Origin: a virus | Lineage: Duplodnaviria; Caudoviricetes | Strand: one strand, 5' to 3' | Virus record (IMG/VR): IMGVR_UViG_2846797076_000002 | Location: 591-64,590 of that record | Length of the DNA: 64,000 nt | Shown here: positions 47,331-56,732 of the stretch, one piece after another | Layout of the letters: the number at the start of each line of letters is the position of its first letter | Numbering within the stretch: the first letter of the stretch is position 1 | The notes under the pieces: generated by a model | Database searches by the model: none | What the model saw: the letters and a program-made list of their open reading frames with translations, nothing else | Told to the model about the DNA's origin: nothing | Made by a program: the position numbers and the translations under genes

Positions 47331-47848
47331 GCCACCCTCACGCTGAGCTGCTCACCCGCGTCACCCATCTTTGCCCCAGGCACGTCTGTGCCTGCCTTGA
47401 GAAGGTCAGCGATTGCCTTCTTGTCCGGCGCGGTGGTGATCTTCACGACGTTTGTGGGCAGCAACGCCTCATCCACAATCTCAACAGTCGCAGCTTTCTT
47501 GCCGATGGAGATGGTCGCCTCAGCCAGCGGCACACGCGGCACGCCGGCTGCTTTCAACAGCTTGAACATCAGAGTGCGCATGGCTTCCTTGCGGCGCTCG
47601 GCCCGCGACTTGCGTGCTTGCAGGTCTGATATACGGCCAGCCACGGCCTTGGCCAGGCTGTCGGCGTCACGCTCACCGTTAACGAGACGCGTCAGGACGG
47701 CGTGGAAGTTCGTCTCTCCTTCGAGCATATCCGCGCGCAGTTCTTCGTCCGCTTCCAGTTCTGGATAGGCGGCGAGCATATCAGCGAAAAGGGCTTCTAG
47801 GTTGGCCACGTCGGCGGCCAAAAAGTTGTCGTTGGCTGGTTTGGTCAT
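47327..47848 (-). CDS. Siphovirus Gp157 family protein
   Basis: ADMLEGET, IVDEALLP, PDKKAI..LKAG.DVPGA. Confidence 0.85.
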   Translation of the reverse strand: MTKPANDNFLAADVANLEALFADMLAAYPELEADEELRADMLEGETNFHAVLTRLVNGERDADSLAKAVAGRISDLQARKSRAERRKEAMRTLMFKLLKAAGVPRVPLAEATISIGKKAATVEIVDEALLPTNVVKITTAPDKKAIADLLKAGTDVPGAKMGDAGEQLSVRVA

Positions 47849-48462
47849 GCGGACACCGCCTTTTCCGCCTGCGCGAGTTTATGGTGCGCAACGCTTAACT
47901 CCCATTCCTCCTTGAGAATGGGTCTCGCACCATCGAACTCGGGCTTGAAGTTTCTGCAGTCCTCGCCAACCGAGTATCCTAGCGCTTCATACTCCGCGAC
48001 GATCGGCTCGATATCCGGAACATAAAGGGCAAAAGGTCCGTCCTCAGAGAGATAGAGCAGCCCGACGCCTGAACTGAAACCGTGAGATATCACAGCGTTA
48101 CCGTGGCTGGTTTCATTCTTGTAGGAGATAGTGGTCGGCACGCCGAGTGCTCTCGCCAACTCGTAACCGCGCGCATCGTAGCCGTCGATATCCAACAGGC
48201 GCTTCTCCCAATCACTTCCCTTTTTGGGATATGACACGCCGCGCTTGTTTGGCTTCTTGAAATCGCCGTTGATAGCGCCGTCGAACATCACGCCGCTAAT
48301 TGTGCCCTTACTGATATCAACAACGTATTTTTGCGCGCCAAGCTCTTTTGCAAGTTCGTTGTTTTTCTTAATGACTGCGACGCGCTTGGCTACGTGCGCC
48401 AGCGCCAATTCCAGCGTTTTTCCGCCCTCTACTGAAAAATAGAGGTCTCTTCTTTCGCTCAT
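47845..48462 (-). CDS. Hypothetical phage protein
   Basis: Leader/SD at 48468-48474. Confidence 0.7.
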   Translation of the reverse strand: MSERRDLYFSVEGGKTLELALAHVAKRVAVIKKNNELAKELGAQKYVVDISKGTISGVMFDGAINGDFKKPNKRGVSYPKKGSDWEKRLLDIDGYDARGYELARALGVPTTISYKNETSHGNAVISHGFSSGVGLLYLSEDGPFALYVPDIEPIVAEYEALGYSVGEDCRNFKPEFDGARPILKEEWELSVAHHKLAQAEKAVSA

Positions 48463-48467
48463 TCTCA

Positions 48468-48500
48468 TCTCCTCAATGTGGTGACGCCATTGGTCTGGCG
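48468..48500 (-). repeat. Leader copy
   Basis: CGCCA-GACCAA-UGGCG-U-CACCACAUUGAGGAGA. Confidence 0.75.
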
Positions 48501-48509
48501 CAGAACATA

Positions 48510-48538
48510 AAGCTAAACCGTTTTTACAAATTTGTCAA
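48510..48538 (-). promoter_or_regulatory. Sigma70-type promoter with ACAAATTTGT operator
   Basis: TTGACA-17bp-TAGCTT. Confidence 0.8.
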
Positions 48539-48540
48539 GA

Positions 48541-50295
48541 TTAGAACGGCACGTCGTCGTCCATCAGCACCCGCCAATCCTCTTCTTCCCGCGCATTGTC
48601 ATTCACCGGTGACACCCGATTGTCATTCGCAGCACCGACCACATGGCCCACAACGTCCCAGTATTTCTGGCGCGGCTTAACCGTGATCTCGACGGTGTCG
48701 GCCAACTCCGCCTGACGCTCGATCCATTCCAGAACGGTCTTTGGAAACGGCATCTTGCCGCCATGCGCGCGCCAATAGCGGTCTGCCTTCGACTTGGGGA
48801 AGCCTTGGTGTTGCGGGCAAATCCACTCATTGATCGCCGTCATGCCGGACATGTAGCTGACCTTCACCGACGGCGGCTTATCGCCTTTGCCTTCATGGTA
48901 GTAGAAGCTGCGGGATGTGACGGTGCGGGGTTCCGGTTCTGCCGTCGACATGATCGGCGTATCAGCAGCTGTGGCCGTAATCTTCGGACTGTCGTCGATG
49001 TCGAACTCATACCCGCAGCAAGAGCAGGTACGCGCGGAGGCATGCACCTTTTCTCCACAGCCGAAGCGACCATTCTTATCTTCGACGTCGAACGGGCAGA
49101 CCTTTACAGGCGCTTCGCCGTCACCCTTGCCAGGAACCTTTGGCTGCACCATGTCGACCGGCCCGTGCTTGTCGACGAGACCGGCGAAGTCCAGCACAAG
49201 GCAGGATGGCTTCGGGCCGGCCTTGATCGCAGCGATGCGCTCCTCAGGCGTCTCAAGAGGCATGCCGGACGCGTATATGACGCGAGTGCCGCGGCCCATC
49301 ATCTGCACATAGAGCGATACCGACAACGTCGGACGCAATGCTGCGATCAGGTCGACGCCCTTGTGATTGAAGCCGGTAGTGAGTACCGAGTTGTTGGTGA
49401 GTGCGCGGATCTTGTAGGACTTGAAGTCCTCGATGATGCGACGGCGCTCGTCCTTCGGGGTTTCGCCGCTGATCATTTCGCAGGAGATGCCGCGCGAACG
49501 GATCTCATCACGCACGTGCTCGGCGTGCTCAACTCCCGAACAAAAGCAGAGCCACGATTTGCGGTCGGCGCCTTTCGCAACGATTTCATCAACGGCGGAG
49601 CACGTGACGTCCATCTTATCCACGGCAGCCTGCAACGCGGACTGCTTGTAATCGCCTCCCTGCCTGCCGACGCCTTTCATGTCGAAGGTGGTTGCCGTTG
49701 CCTTGGACGAAAGCGGCGCGAGATATCCGTCGCCGACACCGTCAGCGATGCCGTAGGTGTAGACGATCTGGTCGAACAGACGATCGTCGCCCTCATCCAG
49801 CCGGCCTGTGTCCAGCCGGTAAGGCGTGGCGGTGAGCCCCAAGATCTTCATGTCTGGATTGATGGCACGCAGCGCCGCGATGAAGCGGCCGTACATCGTG
49901 TTGCTGTTGGCAGGGATCAAATGGCACTCGTCGACCATCAGCACGTCGATGTGGCCGATGAGCGCGGCCTTGCTGTGCACAGTCTGGATGCCCGCAAAGA
50001 TGATCTGGCTACGCGCGTCACGGCGACCAAGGCCAGCAGAGAAAATCCCCGCCGGCGCAAAAGGCCAGATTCCAAGCAGCTCAAGGTAATTTTGCTCGAT
50101 CAGTTCGGCGACATGGGTAGCCACGAGTATGCGCATGTCCGGCCAGCCTTCGACCAGCCTCTTGATGAGCGATGCCATGAGCAGCGACTTGCCGCAGCCG
50201 GTCGCAAGATCGACCAGCGGATTGCCGGCCGTCGTTGACCAATAGTCGAAAACGGCGTTTTCTGCTTCTTCCTGGTAGTGGCGCAGTTGGAGCAT
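48541..50295 (-). CDS. SF2 DExH helicase (RadD/YejH-like)
   Basis: LRHYQ, ATGCGKS, VDECH, GLTATP, QMMGRGTR, Zn finger. Confidence 0.92.
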   Translation of the reverse strand: MLQLRHYQEEAENAVFDYWSTTAGNPLVDLATGCGKSLLMASLIKRLVEGWPDMRILVATHVAELIEQNYLELLGIWPFAPAGIFSAGLGRRDARSQIIFAGIQTVHSKAALIGHIDVLMVDECHLIPANSNTMYGRFIAALRAINPDMKILGLTATPYRLDTGRLDEGDDRLFDQIVYTYGIADGVGDGYLAPLSSKATATTFDMKGVGRQGGDYKQSALQAAVDKMDVTCSAVDEIVAKGADRKSWLCFCSGVEHAEHVRDEIRSRGISCEMISGETPKDERRRIIEDFKSYKIRALTNNSVLTTGFNHKGVDLIAALRPTLSVSLYVQMMGRGTRVIYASGMPLETPEERIAAIKAGPKPSCLVLDFAGLVDKHGPVDMVQPKVPGKGDGEAPVKVCPFDVEDKNGRFGCGEKVHASARTCSCCGYEFDIDDSPKITATAADTPIMSTAEPEPRTVTSRSFYYHEGKGDKPPSVKVSYMSGMTAINEWICPQHQGFPKSKADRYWRAHGGKMPFPKTVLEWIERQAELADTVEITVKPRQKYWDVVGHVVGAANDNRVSPVNDNAREEEDWRVLMDDDVPF

Positions 50296-50303
50296 GTTTC
50301 CTC

Positions 50304-50582
50304 ATGGACCTTTCTTGGTGGGCAGACTTTTTTGCGGTGATTGGGCTAGCGCTGACGGCTATTGGCGCAGGCTTGACCGCTAGATCGGTCATTCTTACCG
50401 AAGCAGAAGCAGCAACTATTGGCGTGTCTCGATATGCGCCCGAGACGCACGAGCAGGCATTGCAACTCCCGCACGTCCAGTCGTTACTTAAGTCATCGCG
50501 GGGCGCAAAACGGGGCCTAGTCATTGTGTCGGTTGGTACGGTCCTACAGATCGCCGTACCTTTCTTCAGGCTATTTCTCTAA
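50304..50582 (+). CDS. Small two-TM protein (moron)
   Basis: Hydrophobic termini; opposite strand. Confidence 0.5.
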   Translation: MDLSWWADFFAVIGLALTAIGAGLTARSVILTEAEAATIGVSRYAPETHEQALQLPHVQSLLKSSRGAKRGLVIVSVGTVLQIAVPFFRLFL

Positions 50583-51115
50583 CTAGCCTCCCGTAGCAGC
50601 CCAAGCACCCTCGCCCGCTCCTTAATAACGATCTGGCGCACGCGCTCCTTTGTGAGGCCGTGGTCGTTGCCAATGGCTTCCAGCGTCTCGCCCATCGCCC
50701 TGCGCATCAACATCGCGCCATTGCGGCCTTCCAGCAAAGAGACAACACGAGTCAAGTCGGTGCCCTCCTCCTGATGCGGATCGGTAGAGCCCGGCATCTC
50801 GTCGAATGCCGAGAGACTGCAAATTTCGGCAGAGCGCGACTTCGTGGAATTGGTGCGGACAAATTCCTGAGCAGTGCCTCGAACGCAAAGGACGGCCCAC
50901 GTCCAGAAGGTCTCAAGGCGACATTCGCGGTGCCGGCGCAACATGACGACCATCGCTGACTGAAACAGCTCGTCGGCCGCGTCCTCGTTCTTGGTGATCT
51001 TTCGCGCCAGTCTTCGCAAGGCCGGCTCGTAGGCCAGAAGCTTGCGGTCGAACTCGGGACTGCGCGGATTGTTGTCGTTGGCAGCGACAAGCGGCGTGCG
51101 TGCTACAAGCGGCAT
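50579..51115 (-). CDS. ECF-like sigma factor / sigma70 region 2+4 protein
   Basis: LRRLARKIT.NEDAADELFQ, GETLEAIG...LTKERVRQI. Confidence 0.8.
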   Translation of the reverse strand: MPLVARTPLVAANDNNPRSPEFDRKLLAYEPALRRLARKITKNEDAADELFQSAMVVMLRRHRECRLETFWTWAVLCVRGTAQEFVRTNSTKSRSAEICSLSAFDEMPGSTDPHQEEGTDLTRVVSLLEGRNGAMLMRRAMGETLEAIGNDHGLTKERVRQIVIKERARVLGLLREAS

Positions 51116-51119
51116 GATG

Positions 51120-51156
51120 GTCTCCTCATGTGGTGTGGTCAGGCGTTGGTGGCGCC
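51120..51156 (-). repeat. Leader copy
   Basis: GGCG-CCACCAA-CGCC..ACCACACCACAUGAGGAGAC. Confidence 0.8.
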
Positions 51157-52068
51157 ATCAATCCATGTCGTGCCGTCCCGCAGCACGTAAGTGATTGTCT
51201 CGTCCTCTTCCGAAAAGTCCGTCTGTTCGCCAGGCACGAGAGCCGGGATCGTGAGATGCGTAGGACAACCCTCCTTCTGCTCGTCGAACGAAATCGGCTT
51301 AGCCCATCGTGCGCAGGACCAATGACCATCGCCGCCCATCTCTGGTGACGAGTGGATGCAAGACCGGCAGGTGACGCGCGGCCAAGCGCTCTCCTTGCAG
51401 ACAGGCTTGTGTTTGCAGAAGGTGCATTCAAACCAGTCTACGGCCTCATTGATGCGCGATGGCGGCTCAGGCGAATTTATGACGCGCTCTAACCGCGCCA
51501 GCAGGCGCAGGCAGAATTCCGGATCGTGTTCGATGCGCTCGGCATAGAGCGTGTCGTCATCTTTGCAACTGACGAGGTAAAGGCATCGCGACAGACCGAA
51601 GGTGTGCATTCCGAGCTGACACTGGCCGTAGTGAAGCGGCTTGGCTTCCTTGCAGCCCTTCTTGATGATCTCTTTCATGCCCTTGGCGTTGCTCGACTTG
51701 AATTCTAGCAGGTGCTCAGTCTTCGGTGCCTCAACGACTCCCATGGCTTTGCCGTCGCATTTACCGCGGACGTGCCCCTGCACCAGCCTGATCTTGTCCT
51801 GCTGGCCATAAACATCCACGCCGATGCGCTCGAGATCAGCAACAAGGCGGTCTTCTTCGAAGTTGCCGGTTTCGAACAGACGCAGCTGGCGGCCGTGATG
51901 CTTTTCGAGTGGCGAGGCCCATCGGAAGGCATACCAGAGTGCGCGGTCGCATGGATTATTGGCTTCGCCTACGGAGATGCCGAGGCTATCCCATGACGAG
52001 GCTGCGGCTTCATAGGCAGCATAGATGGCGCGAACGGTGCTAGATTCTGCGCGAGGTAATGGGGCCAT
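51139..52068 (-). CDS. Cas4-like PD-(D/E)XK exonuclease
   Basis: CDRALWY, GKCDG, LEFKS, HYGQCQ, C..C...C Fe-S-type cysteines. Confidence 0.85.
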   Translation of the reverse strand: MAPLPRAESSTVRAIYAAYEAAASSWDSLGISVGEANNPCDRALWYAFRWASPLEKHHGRQLRLFETGNFEEDRLVADLERIGVDVYGQQDKIRLVQGHVRGKCDGKAMGVVEAPKTEHLLEFKSSNAKGMKEIIKKGCKEAKPLHYGQCQLGMHTFGLSRCLYLVSCKDDDTLYAERIEHDPEFCLRLLARLERVINSPEPPSRINEAVDWFECTFCKHKPVCKESAWPRVTCRSCIHSSPEMGGDGHWSCARWAKPISFDEQKEGCPTHLTIPALVPGEQTDFSEEDETITYVLRDGTTWIDGATNA

Positions 52069-52355
52069 TATGACCCCACCCCAGAAGCGAATAGCGGCGA
52101 TGACGACAAAGCAGATTGGTGCCCGCGCTGATCACTCGTCTGGACGTACGTGCTCCAGATTTCCTTGCCATCGCGAGTGACTGGATGCAGTTCCGACACG
52201 CTGAAGTCGACAATCTCCAACTCGTCAGCATCAGGTTCGTAATCGTCACGATTGATCTTTGCTTCAACCGATGCTTCCGCGGCTTCCAGCGATTCTGCCT
52301 CGATCGTCTCGCAACCACGACCGCTGAAGGTATAATTCACCATGAACTTGGCCAT
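52068..52355 (-). CDS. Hypothetical protein
   Basis: ORF in operon; IEAESLEAA. Confidence 0.6.
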   Translation of the reverse strand: MAKFMVNYTFSGRGCETIEAESLEAAEASVEAKINRDDYEPDADELEIVDFSVSELHPVTRDGKEIWSTYVQTSDQRGHQSALSSSPLFASGVGS

Positions 52356-52358
52356 CGG

Positions 52359-53411
52359 CTATACCCTCATCGGCATGCAAACGAGCGTCAGCCCCTCGAA
52401 GCCGTCGGACGTGATCAGCCCAGGCGTGCCGCCGTCCTGCAAGGCCAGCTTGACCGGACCAGCTGGCAACACATTCAGCACGTCACGGACGTAGGCGGCG
52501 TTGAAACCGATATCCATCGGCTCGCCGCTGTATTCCGCCTCGACTTCATCATTCGCCGACGCCTCGCCAGCCGCCACAGCAAGCGCGATACTGCCGGGCG
52601 CGATGCTGAACTTCACGGCACGGCCACGCTCAGACGACACGGTCGACACGCGATCCGACGCCTTCATCAGTGCATCGCGATCGACAGTCACGACGCGTTC
52701 GTTGCTTTTCGGAATGACGCGTTCGTAATCTGGGAACGTGCCGTCGATCAGCTTTGAGGTAATGCGCACGTCGTCCGACACGATGCGGATTTTCTGCTGG
52801 CTGACCGACACACGCACCTCCCCCTTCGGAAGCAGGCCGACCGTTTTGCGCGGAACGATAATGCCTTCGAAGGCTGGCAGCTCCGGGCCGTAGTGGCGAC
52901 CGAGACGATGACCGTCGGTGGCGACGGCTTCCGACTTGCTGCCGCCCTTGAAGAACACGCCGTTGAGGTAATAGCGCGTTTCCTCCGTCGAGATTGCAAA
53001 CGACACCGGCGCAAAAAGCGCAGCAAGGTCGATTTCGAATTCAGCGTCGAACCTGTCTTCGCCGAGCGTTGGGAAGTCTTCTGCAGAGAGCGTGGCGAGC
53101 GAGAACCGCGAGCGTCCGGACTTCACCGAAAGCTTGTCTCCATCCAGAGACATGGTGATGTCTCCCGTTGCCTTGCGGGCGATGTCGTTGAGTAGCTTGG
53201 CGCTGACGCAGATATTTCCGGGCTTGCTGACCTCTGCGGACACGCCTGCCGTGGCGCTGATATCGAGGTCGGTGGCGGTGATGGCCAGACCGTCGCCTGC
53301 GGCAGCAAGCTGGACGCTCGACAGGATGGGGATGCTAACTCTGCTCTCGACGACCTTTGTCGTGGCTGCAAGCGCACGTGTCAGGTCTTCCTTGTGAATG
53401 ACAAGGTGCAT
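52359..53411 (-). CDS. dnaN: DNA polymerase III beta sliding clamp (phage copy)
   Basis: ATDLDI, ETRYYLNGV, VATDGHRL, SKLIDGTFPDYERVIP, GFNAAY, MPMRV. Confidence 0.93.
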   Translation of the reverse strand: MHLVIHKEDLTRALAATTKVVESRVSIPILSSVQLAAAGDGLAITATDLDISATAGVSAEVSKPGNICVSAKLLNDIARKATGDITMSLDGDKLSVKSGRSRFSLATLSAEDFPTLGEDRFDAEFEIDLAALFAPVSFAISTEETRYYLNGVFFKGGSKSEAVATDGHRLGRHYGPELPAFEGIIVPRKTVGLLPKGEVRVSVSQQKIRIVSDDVRITSKLIDGTFPDYERVIPKSNERVVTVDRDALMKASDRVSTVSSERGRAVKFSIAPGSIALAVAAGEASANDEVEAEYSGEPMDIGFNAAYVRDVLNVLPAGPVKLALQDGGTPGLITSDGFEGLTLVCMPMRV

Positions 53412-53415
53412 GGGC

Positions 53416-53469
53416 GTCTCCTTGGCGATGTGTGGTGGTGCCTGCCGTGGTGAGCGGCAGGCGGTGGTG
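53416..53469 (-). repeat. Leader copy
   Basis: CACCACC-GCCUGCCG-CUCACCA-CGGCAGG-CACCACCACAC..AAGGAGAC. Confidence 0.75.
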
Positions 53470-54306
53470 TTAGGCTGCGAAAGAGAACGGCGACTGCTTC
53501 TTGGGCGGCTCGTAGCCGATCGGATAGCCGCAGCCATCCTCGCCTTCATCGTAACGGGTCGCGTCGAACGGCTGGCCCTTCAGCTCAGCAATCTTCTTGA
53601 ACAGACCAATAGCGCTGCCTGGCTGATCCTCGTTGTCGTTTGCGACCCACGATTCCTTGCCTTCGTCGTCGACAGTCAGTGCAGCGATTGCCGCGTCCAG
53701 AGAGAAAGGCGTGCCTTCTGTGCCGAGAACGACCTTCTCGCCATAAGCGCCGCCGATCTGGTCTTTCAGCTCTTCCCACGTGTCGATTTTCACCTTGCGG
53801 CCAGCCAACACAATCTTGAGAATGTCGCCCTTACCGATCGTATAGCCGCGATCCTGATACTTGAGAACGCGCGTTGCCGACGCCAGCGGGTAACGGGTAC
53901 CTGGATGGAATCGCAGGAAGCGCTGGGAGTTGTGTTTCAGGAAGTCGTTGTGGAATGAGAATTCATCGGTGTCGAAGTCCAGTGCGCCCATAACGACAGT
54001 GAAGTCGAACGCGTCGAAGATGTCCTGTGCTGTCGGGAAGTAGTCGAAGTGCATGAACTGGATTGGCGTTCCGCCACTCTCAGCAAATGTCACGGCACGC
54101 TTTGTCGTGGAAACGCACCAGAACCCATCCTCATACGCCTGCGCCACGGCATATTCGAAAGCCTCCCGGCTCTTGAAGTAGACGTCTACGTCGTTGATGT
54201 CTCGATTGGTGAAGACGCTCGTCACCGCTCCGCCAGCCGCGAATGCGCCGGGGATCGGGTAGCATTTCTCCGTAATCTTTCTGGCTTCCGCCTTGTAGTT
54301 CGTCAT
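53470..54306 (-). CDS. Pol-beta-superfamily nucleotidyltransferase-like protein
   Basis: AAGGAV....DINDVDVYF, FDFTVVMGA, RVLKYQDRGY. Confidence 0.7.
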   Translation of the reverse strand: MTNYKAEARKITEKCYPIPGAFAAGGAVTSVFTNRDINDVDVYFKSREAFEYAVAQAYEDGFWCVSTTKRAVTFAESGGTPIQFMHFDYFPTAQDIFDAFDFTVVMGALDFDTDEFSFHNDFLKHNSQRFLRFHPGTRYPLASATRVLKYQDRGYTIGKGDILKIVLAGRKVKIDTWEELKDQIGGAYGEKVVLGTEGTPFSLDAAIAALTVDDEGKESWVANDNEDQPGSAIGLFKKIAELKGQPFDATRYDEGEDGCGYPIGYEPPKKQSPFSFAA

Positions 54307-54311
54307 GCAAA

Positions 54312-54358
54312 TCTCCTCAAACGTGGTGATATAGCGGGCCGCTGGTGAGGCAGCCCGC
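54312..54358 (-). repeat. Leader copy
   Basis: GCGGGCUGC-CUCACCA-GCGGCCCGC..CACCACGUUUGAGGAGA. Confidence 0.8.
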
Positions 54359-54369
54359 GTTGGTGTGGG

Positions 54370-54948
54370 TTACTTGCTGCCCCAGGGCCGGCGCGTCGTG
54401 CCAGCGGCCGCAGCGGCAGGCTTGTTGTCGTTGCTGGCTGCGGTGCGGCGATTGTCGTTGGCTGCGGCTGGCGCAGCATCGACCTTCGGCTCAGGCAGGT
54501 TGCCCTCATCAGGGTAATAGTACTTCTTCAACTCGTTGCGCGCCGCGTACTTCGGGGTACCGTCGGCGTTTTTCTCCTTGCTGTCCTTGCCCATGCCGAT
54601 GCGGGCAAAGAACGAGATGAAATGCAATTCATCAGAATCTTCTGGCGCCTCGTCGTGGCCGAGTGAGCGCAGTAGGCAGGCAAATTGGCGCTGGCCGATC
54701 TCCTGCGTCTGAGGATTTGGATGCTGCAGATTGTAGTTGTTGAAGACCTTGCGGCCTTTGAGTTCCTCGGGAGCAAGGACGTCGATTGTCACGCTCAGAT
54801 TGATGGCGTGGTCGCGGGTATCCTTGTTCTTTTCCTTGATCTCGGACGCGCTGATCTCAAGCTGGTAGTCGCCATTCGGCAGGTTGGTGAAATCGCGCTG
54901 CTGGGTGTTCTCTTCGGTCGCTTCAACTCTGACGCCAATCTTGGCCAT
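54370..54948 (-). CDS. ssDNA-binding protein, DUF669-like
   Basis: LPNGDY, GRKVFNNYNL, C-terminal RPW; follows Sak4-like ATPase. Confidence 0.8.
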   Translation of the reverse strand: MAKIGVRVEATEENTQQRDFTNLPNGDYQLEISASEIKEKNKDTRDHAINLSVTIDVLAPEELKGRKVFNNYNLQHPNPQTQEIGQRQFACLLRSLGHDEAPEDSDELHFISFFARIGMGKDSKEKNADGTPKYAARNELKKYYYPDEGNLPEPKVDAAPAAANDNRRTAASNDNKPAAAAAGTTRRPWGSK

Positions 54949-54953
54949 GCGTA

Positions 54954-54978
54954 GTCTCCTTGTGGTGTGATTTGGTGG
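54954..54978 (-). repeat. Leader copy (no ACCA-loop hairpin seen)
   Basis: CCACCAAAUCACACCACAAGGAGAC. Confidence 0.7.
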
Positions 54979-55130
54979 TTAGCGGAGGTAATAGCGGAAA
55001 GGTCCGCTACCGAATTGCGTCGATGCCTGATCGCGCCAGACATGAGTAAGCCAAACCCAAATGAGTTGGCCGGAGCGGGTGCGGGCTTTTACCGGGTGCC
55101 ACGCGAACCACGATTCGCCTCGGAACATGG

Positions 55131-55904
55131 TCACGCCGCAACTCCCGTCGGCGCCGGGAAGTGCTTCGCCAGTTCGGCATAGCCCTGCCCTTTTCGGTAA
55201 GGCACTGCATCAGGCATGCTGTAGCGGTTCTTCGCATTGAAGCCGGCGCCTTCCGACAGATGCACCTGACGTTCCTTGCCGCCTTCAGCATGAGCGACCT
55301 TCGTCTGGCGCGCGACTTCCTTCTCCTTGATGGAGATGCGGTAGTTCATGAAGGCGACGATGTCCGACTTCTCGCGAACAAGGGCGTTGGCGCGCTTGTG
55401 CAGCTTCGGCTGATAGCGGCTGTACGGATCCGTGACAGGACTGTCGAAGCGGACGATTTCAGGGTGAGCCAGCATCACAACGCAGATGCCGCGTTGAGCG
55501 AGGGCGGAAACCGCCGCCATGAGCTCATTCCATTCGCTATCGGCTTCAACGTAACCTTTGCCGAAGCCAGCCTCTTCGATCGAGGCGACGCCGATGCGGC
55601 GGCAGGTTGCGGCCCAGACCAGCGGCTCCAGCCCGTCGAGGCTGTCGAGAATAACCGTCTTGCGGTCGTGCTCCTCAGTGAGCAATTCGCCGAACACATC
55701 TAGAAGCTCGTCGAAGCTCTCGATGGTGCCAGGCGTGACCAGTTCAACGTCAGACGGTGTGCGCTCGCCTTCTGTCGGCAGATAGAGCGCGTCTGGGAAT
55801 TCTGCGGCGAGGCTGGTTTTGCCGATACCGTCGACGCCGTAGAGCAAAATGACAGGTGGGTCCGCTCTCTTCGTCGACTTCAGGGACGAAAGTGAAATAG
55901 CCAT
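55131..55904 (-). CDS. Sak4-like AAA_24 ATPase (recombination)
   Basis: YGVDGIGKT, VILDSLD, AKNRY. Confidence 0.88.
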   Translation of the reverse strand: MAISLSSLKSTKRADPPVILLYGVDGIGKTSLAAEFPDALYLPTEGERTPSDVELVTPGTIESFDELLDVFGELLTEEHDRKTVILDSLDGLEPLVWAATCRRIGVASIEEAGFGKGYVEADSEWNELMAAVSALAQRGICVVMLAHPEIVRFDSPVTDPYSRYQPKLHKRANALVREKSDIVAFMNYRISIKEKEVARQTKVAHAEGGKERQVHLSEGAGFNAKNRYSMPDAVPYRKGQGYAELAKHFPAPTGVAA

Positions 55905-55908
55905 AAGG

Positions 55909-55927
55909 CCTCCTCAGTGTGGTGGTG
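55909..55927 (-). repeat. Leader copy (no hairpin seen)
   Basis: CACCACCACACUGAGGAGG. Confidence 0.65.
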
Positions 55928-55993
55928 CGGTGAGAATGATGGCGGCGATGTAGGCGGCGGCTACAATGACGATCAGCCACCGCCAGTTTCTGA

Positions 55994-56221
55994 TCAGCGC
56001 GCGAACAGACGGCAAAACAGCCACCAGAAGGAGCCAAGCACGACAATCGCAACGACTGCGAACGGAAACAGCGTAATCAGGCCTATGCCCGCTGCTGCGG
56101 TGAGTGCAGCAATTGCGGCACGCTTCAGGCCGCGTCGGACGTACTTGCGTGGCGTCGGCGTGACCGGCACGTGGTCGAGCGGTGGTGCCGTGGTGGATTC
56201 GGTGTACCAGGGGGACGTCAT
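55994..56221 (-). CDS. Small membrane protein
   Basis: MTSPWY start, C-terminal TM. Confidence 0.5.
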   Translation of the reverse strand: MTSPWYTESTTAPPLDHVPVTPTPRKYVRRGLKRAAIAALTAAAGIGLITLFPFAVVAIVVLGSFWWLFCRLFAR

Positions 56222-56360
56222 GCCAGAGCCCCCAAGAAATAGAGAACGCCAACGGAAGGCAGGACAGCCAGCCATAGTATCAGAAGCGCAAACGCCGTTA
56301 AGGTTAGCGCAGCCTCAGAGAAGACATGCCAGAAGGCTGGCCAGTTCGTCGCGGGTCGGC

Positions 56361-56672
56361 TCATGCCGCAACCCTCACTTCATCAGCCAAGGCCCGACGA
56401 CGAGCAGCGCTATGCATGAACATTGGTAGGCGTTCCTCGCTCACCTTTGCGTTGGCCGCCGCGCGTAAAGCTCGTTTCCGGTCACCGCGAGTTGTGCCGT
56501 CAGCAAATTTGCGCGTCTCTTTCGGCATCTTGCTCCAGCCATTGCCGCCAGTAAGGGACGACATAAGATGCATGCGCCGGTCAAAGTGAGCGCAGTCGGT
56601 TGATGGAAGGCCGAGCTTGGTGTCGTTCTCATGCTCGCGCTGCGCAAGCTTCTCGAATACGTTCTTGGACAT
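56361..56672 (-). CDS. Hypothetical basic protein
   Basis: Leader/SD upstream; ends RVAA. Confidence 0.65.
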   Translation of the reverse strand: MSKNVFEKLAQREHENDTKLGLPSTDCAHFDRRMHLMSSLTGGNGWSKMPKETRKFADGTTRGDRKRALRAAANAKVSEERLPMFMHSAARRRALADEVRVAA

Positions 56673-56676
56673 TTGT

Positions 56677-56724
56677 GTCTCCTCAATGATGTGGTGAAGA
56701 GCGGCTGGTTGGTAGCCAGCCGCT
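56677..56724 (-). repeat. Leader copy
   Basis: AGCGGCUGG-CUACCAA-CCAGCCGCU..CACCACAUCAUUGAGGAGAC. Confidence 0.8.
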
Positions 56725-56732
56725 AGCGCTGC

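Noticed and set aside
51139-52068. Cas4-like nuclease as a sign of CRISPR-Cas
   Set aside because: No cas1/cas2 or array; sits in a Sak4-SSB-exonuclease recombination module
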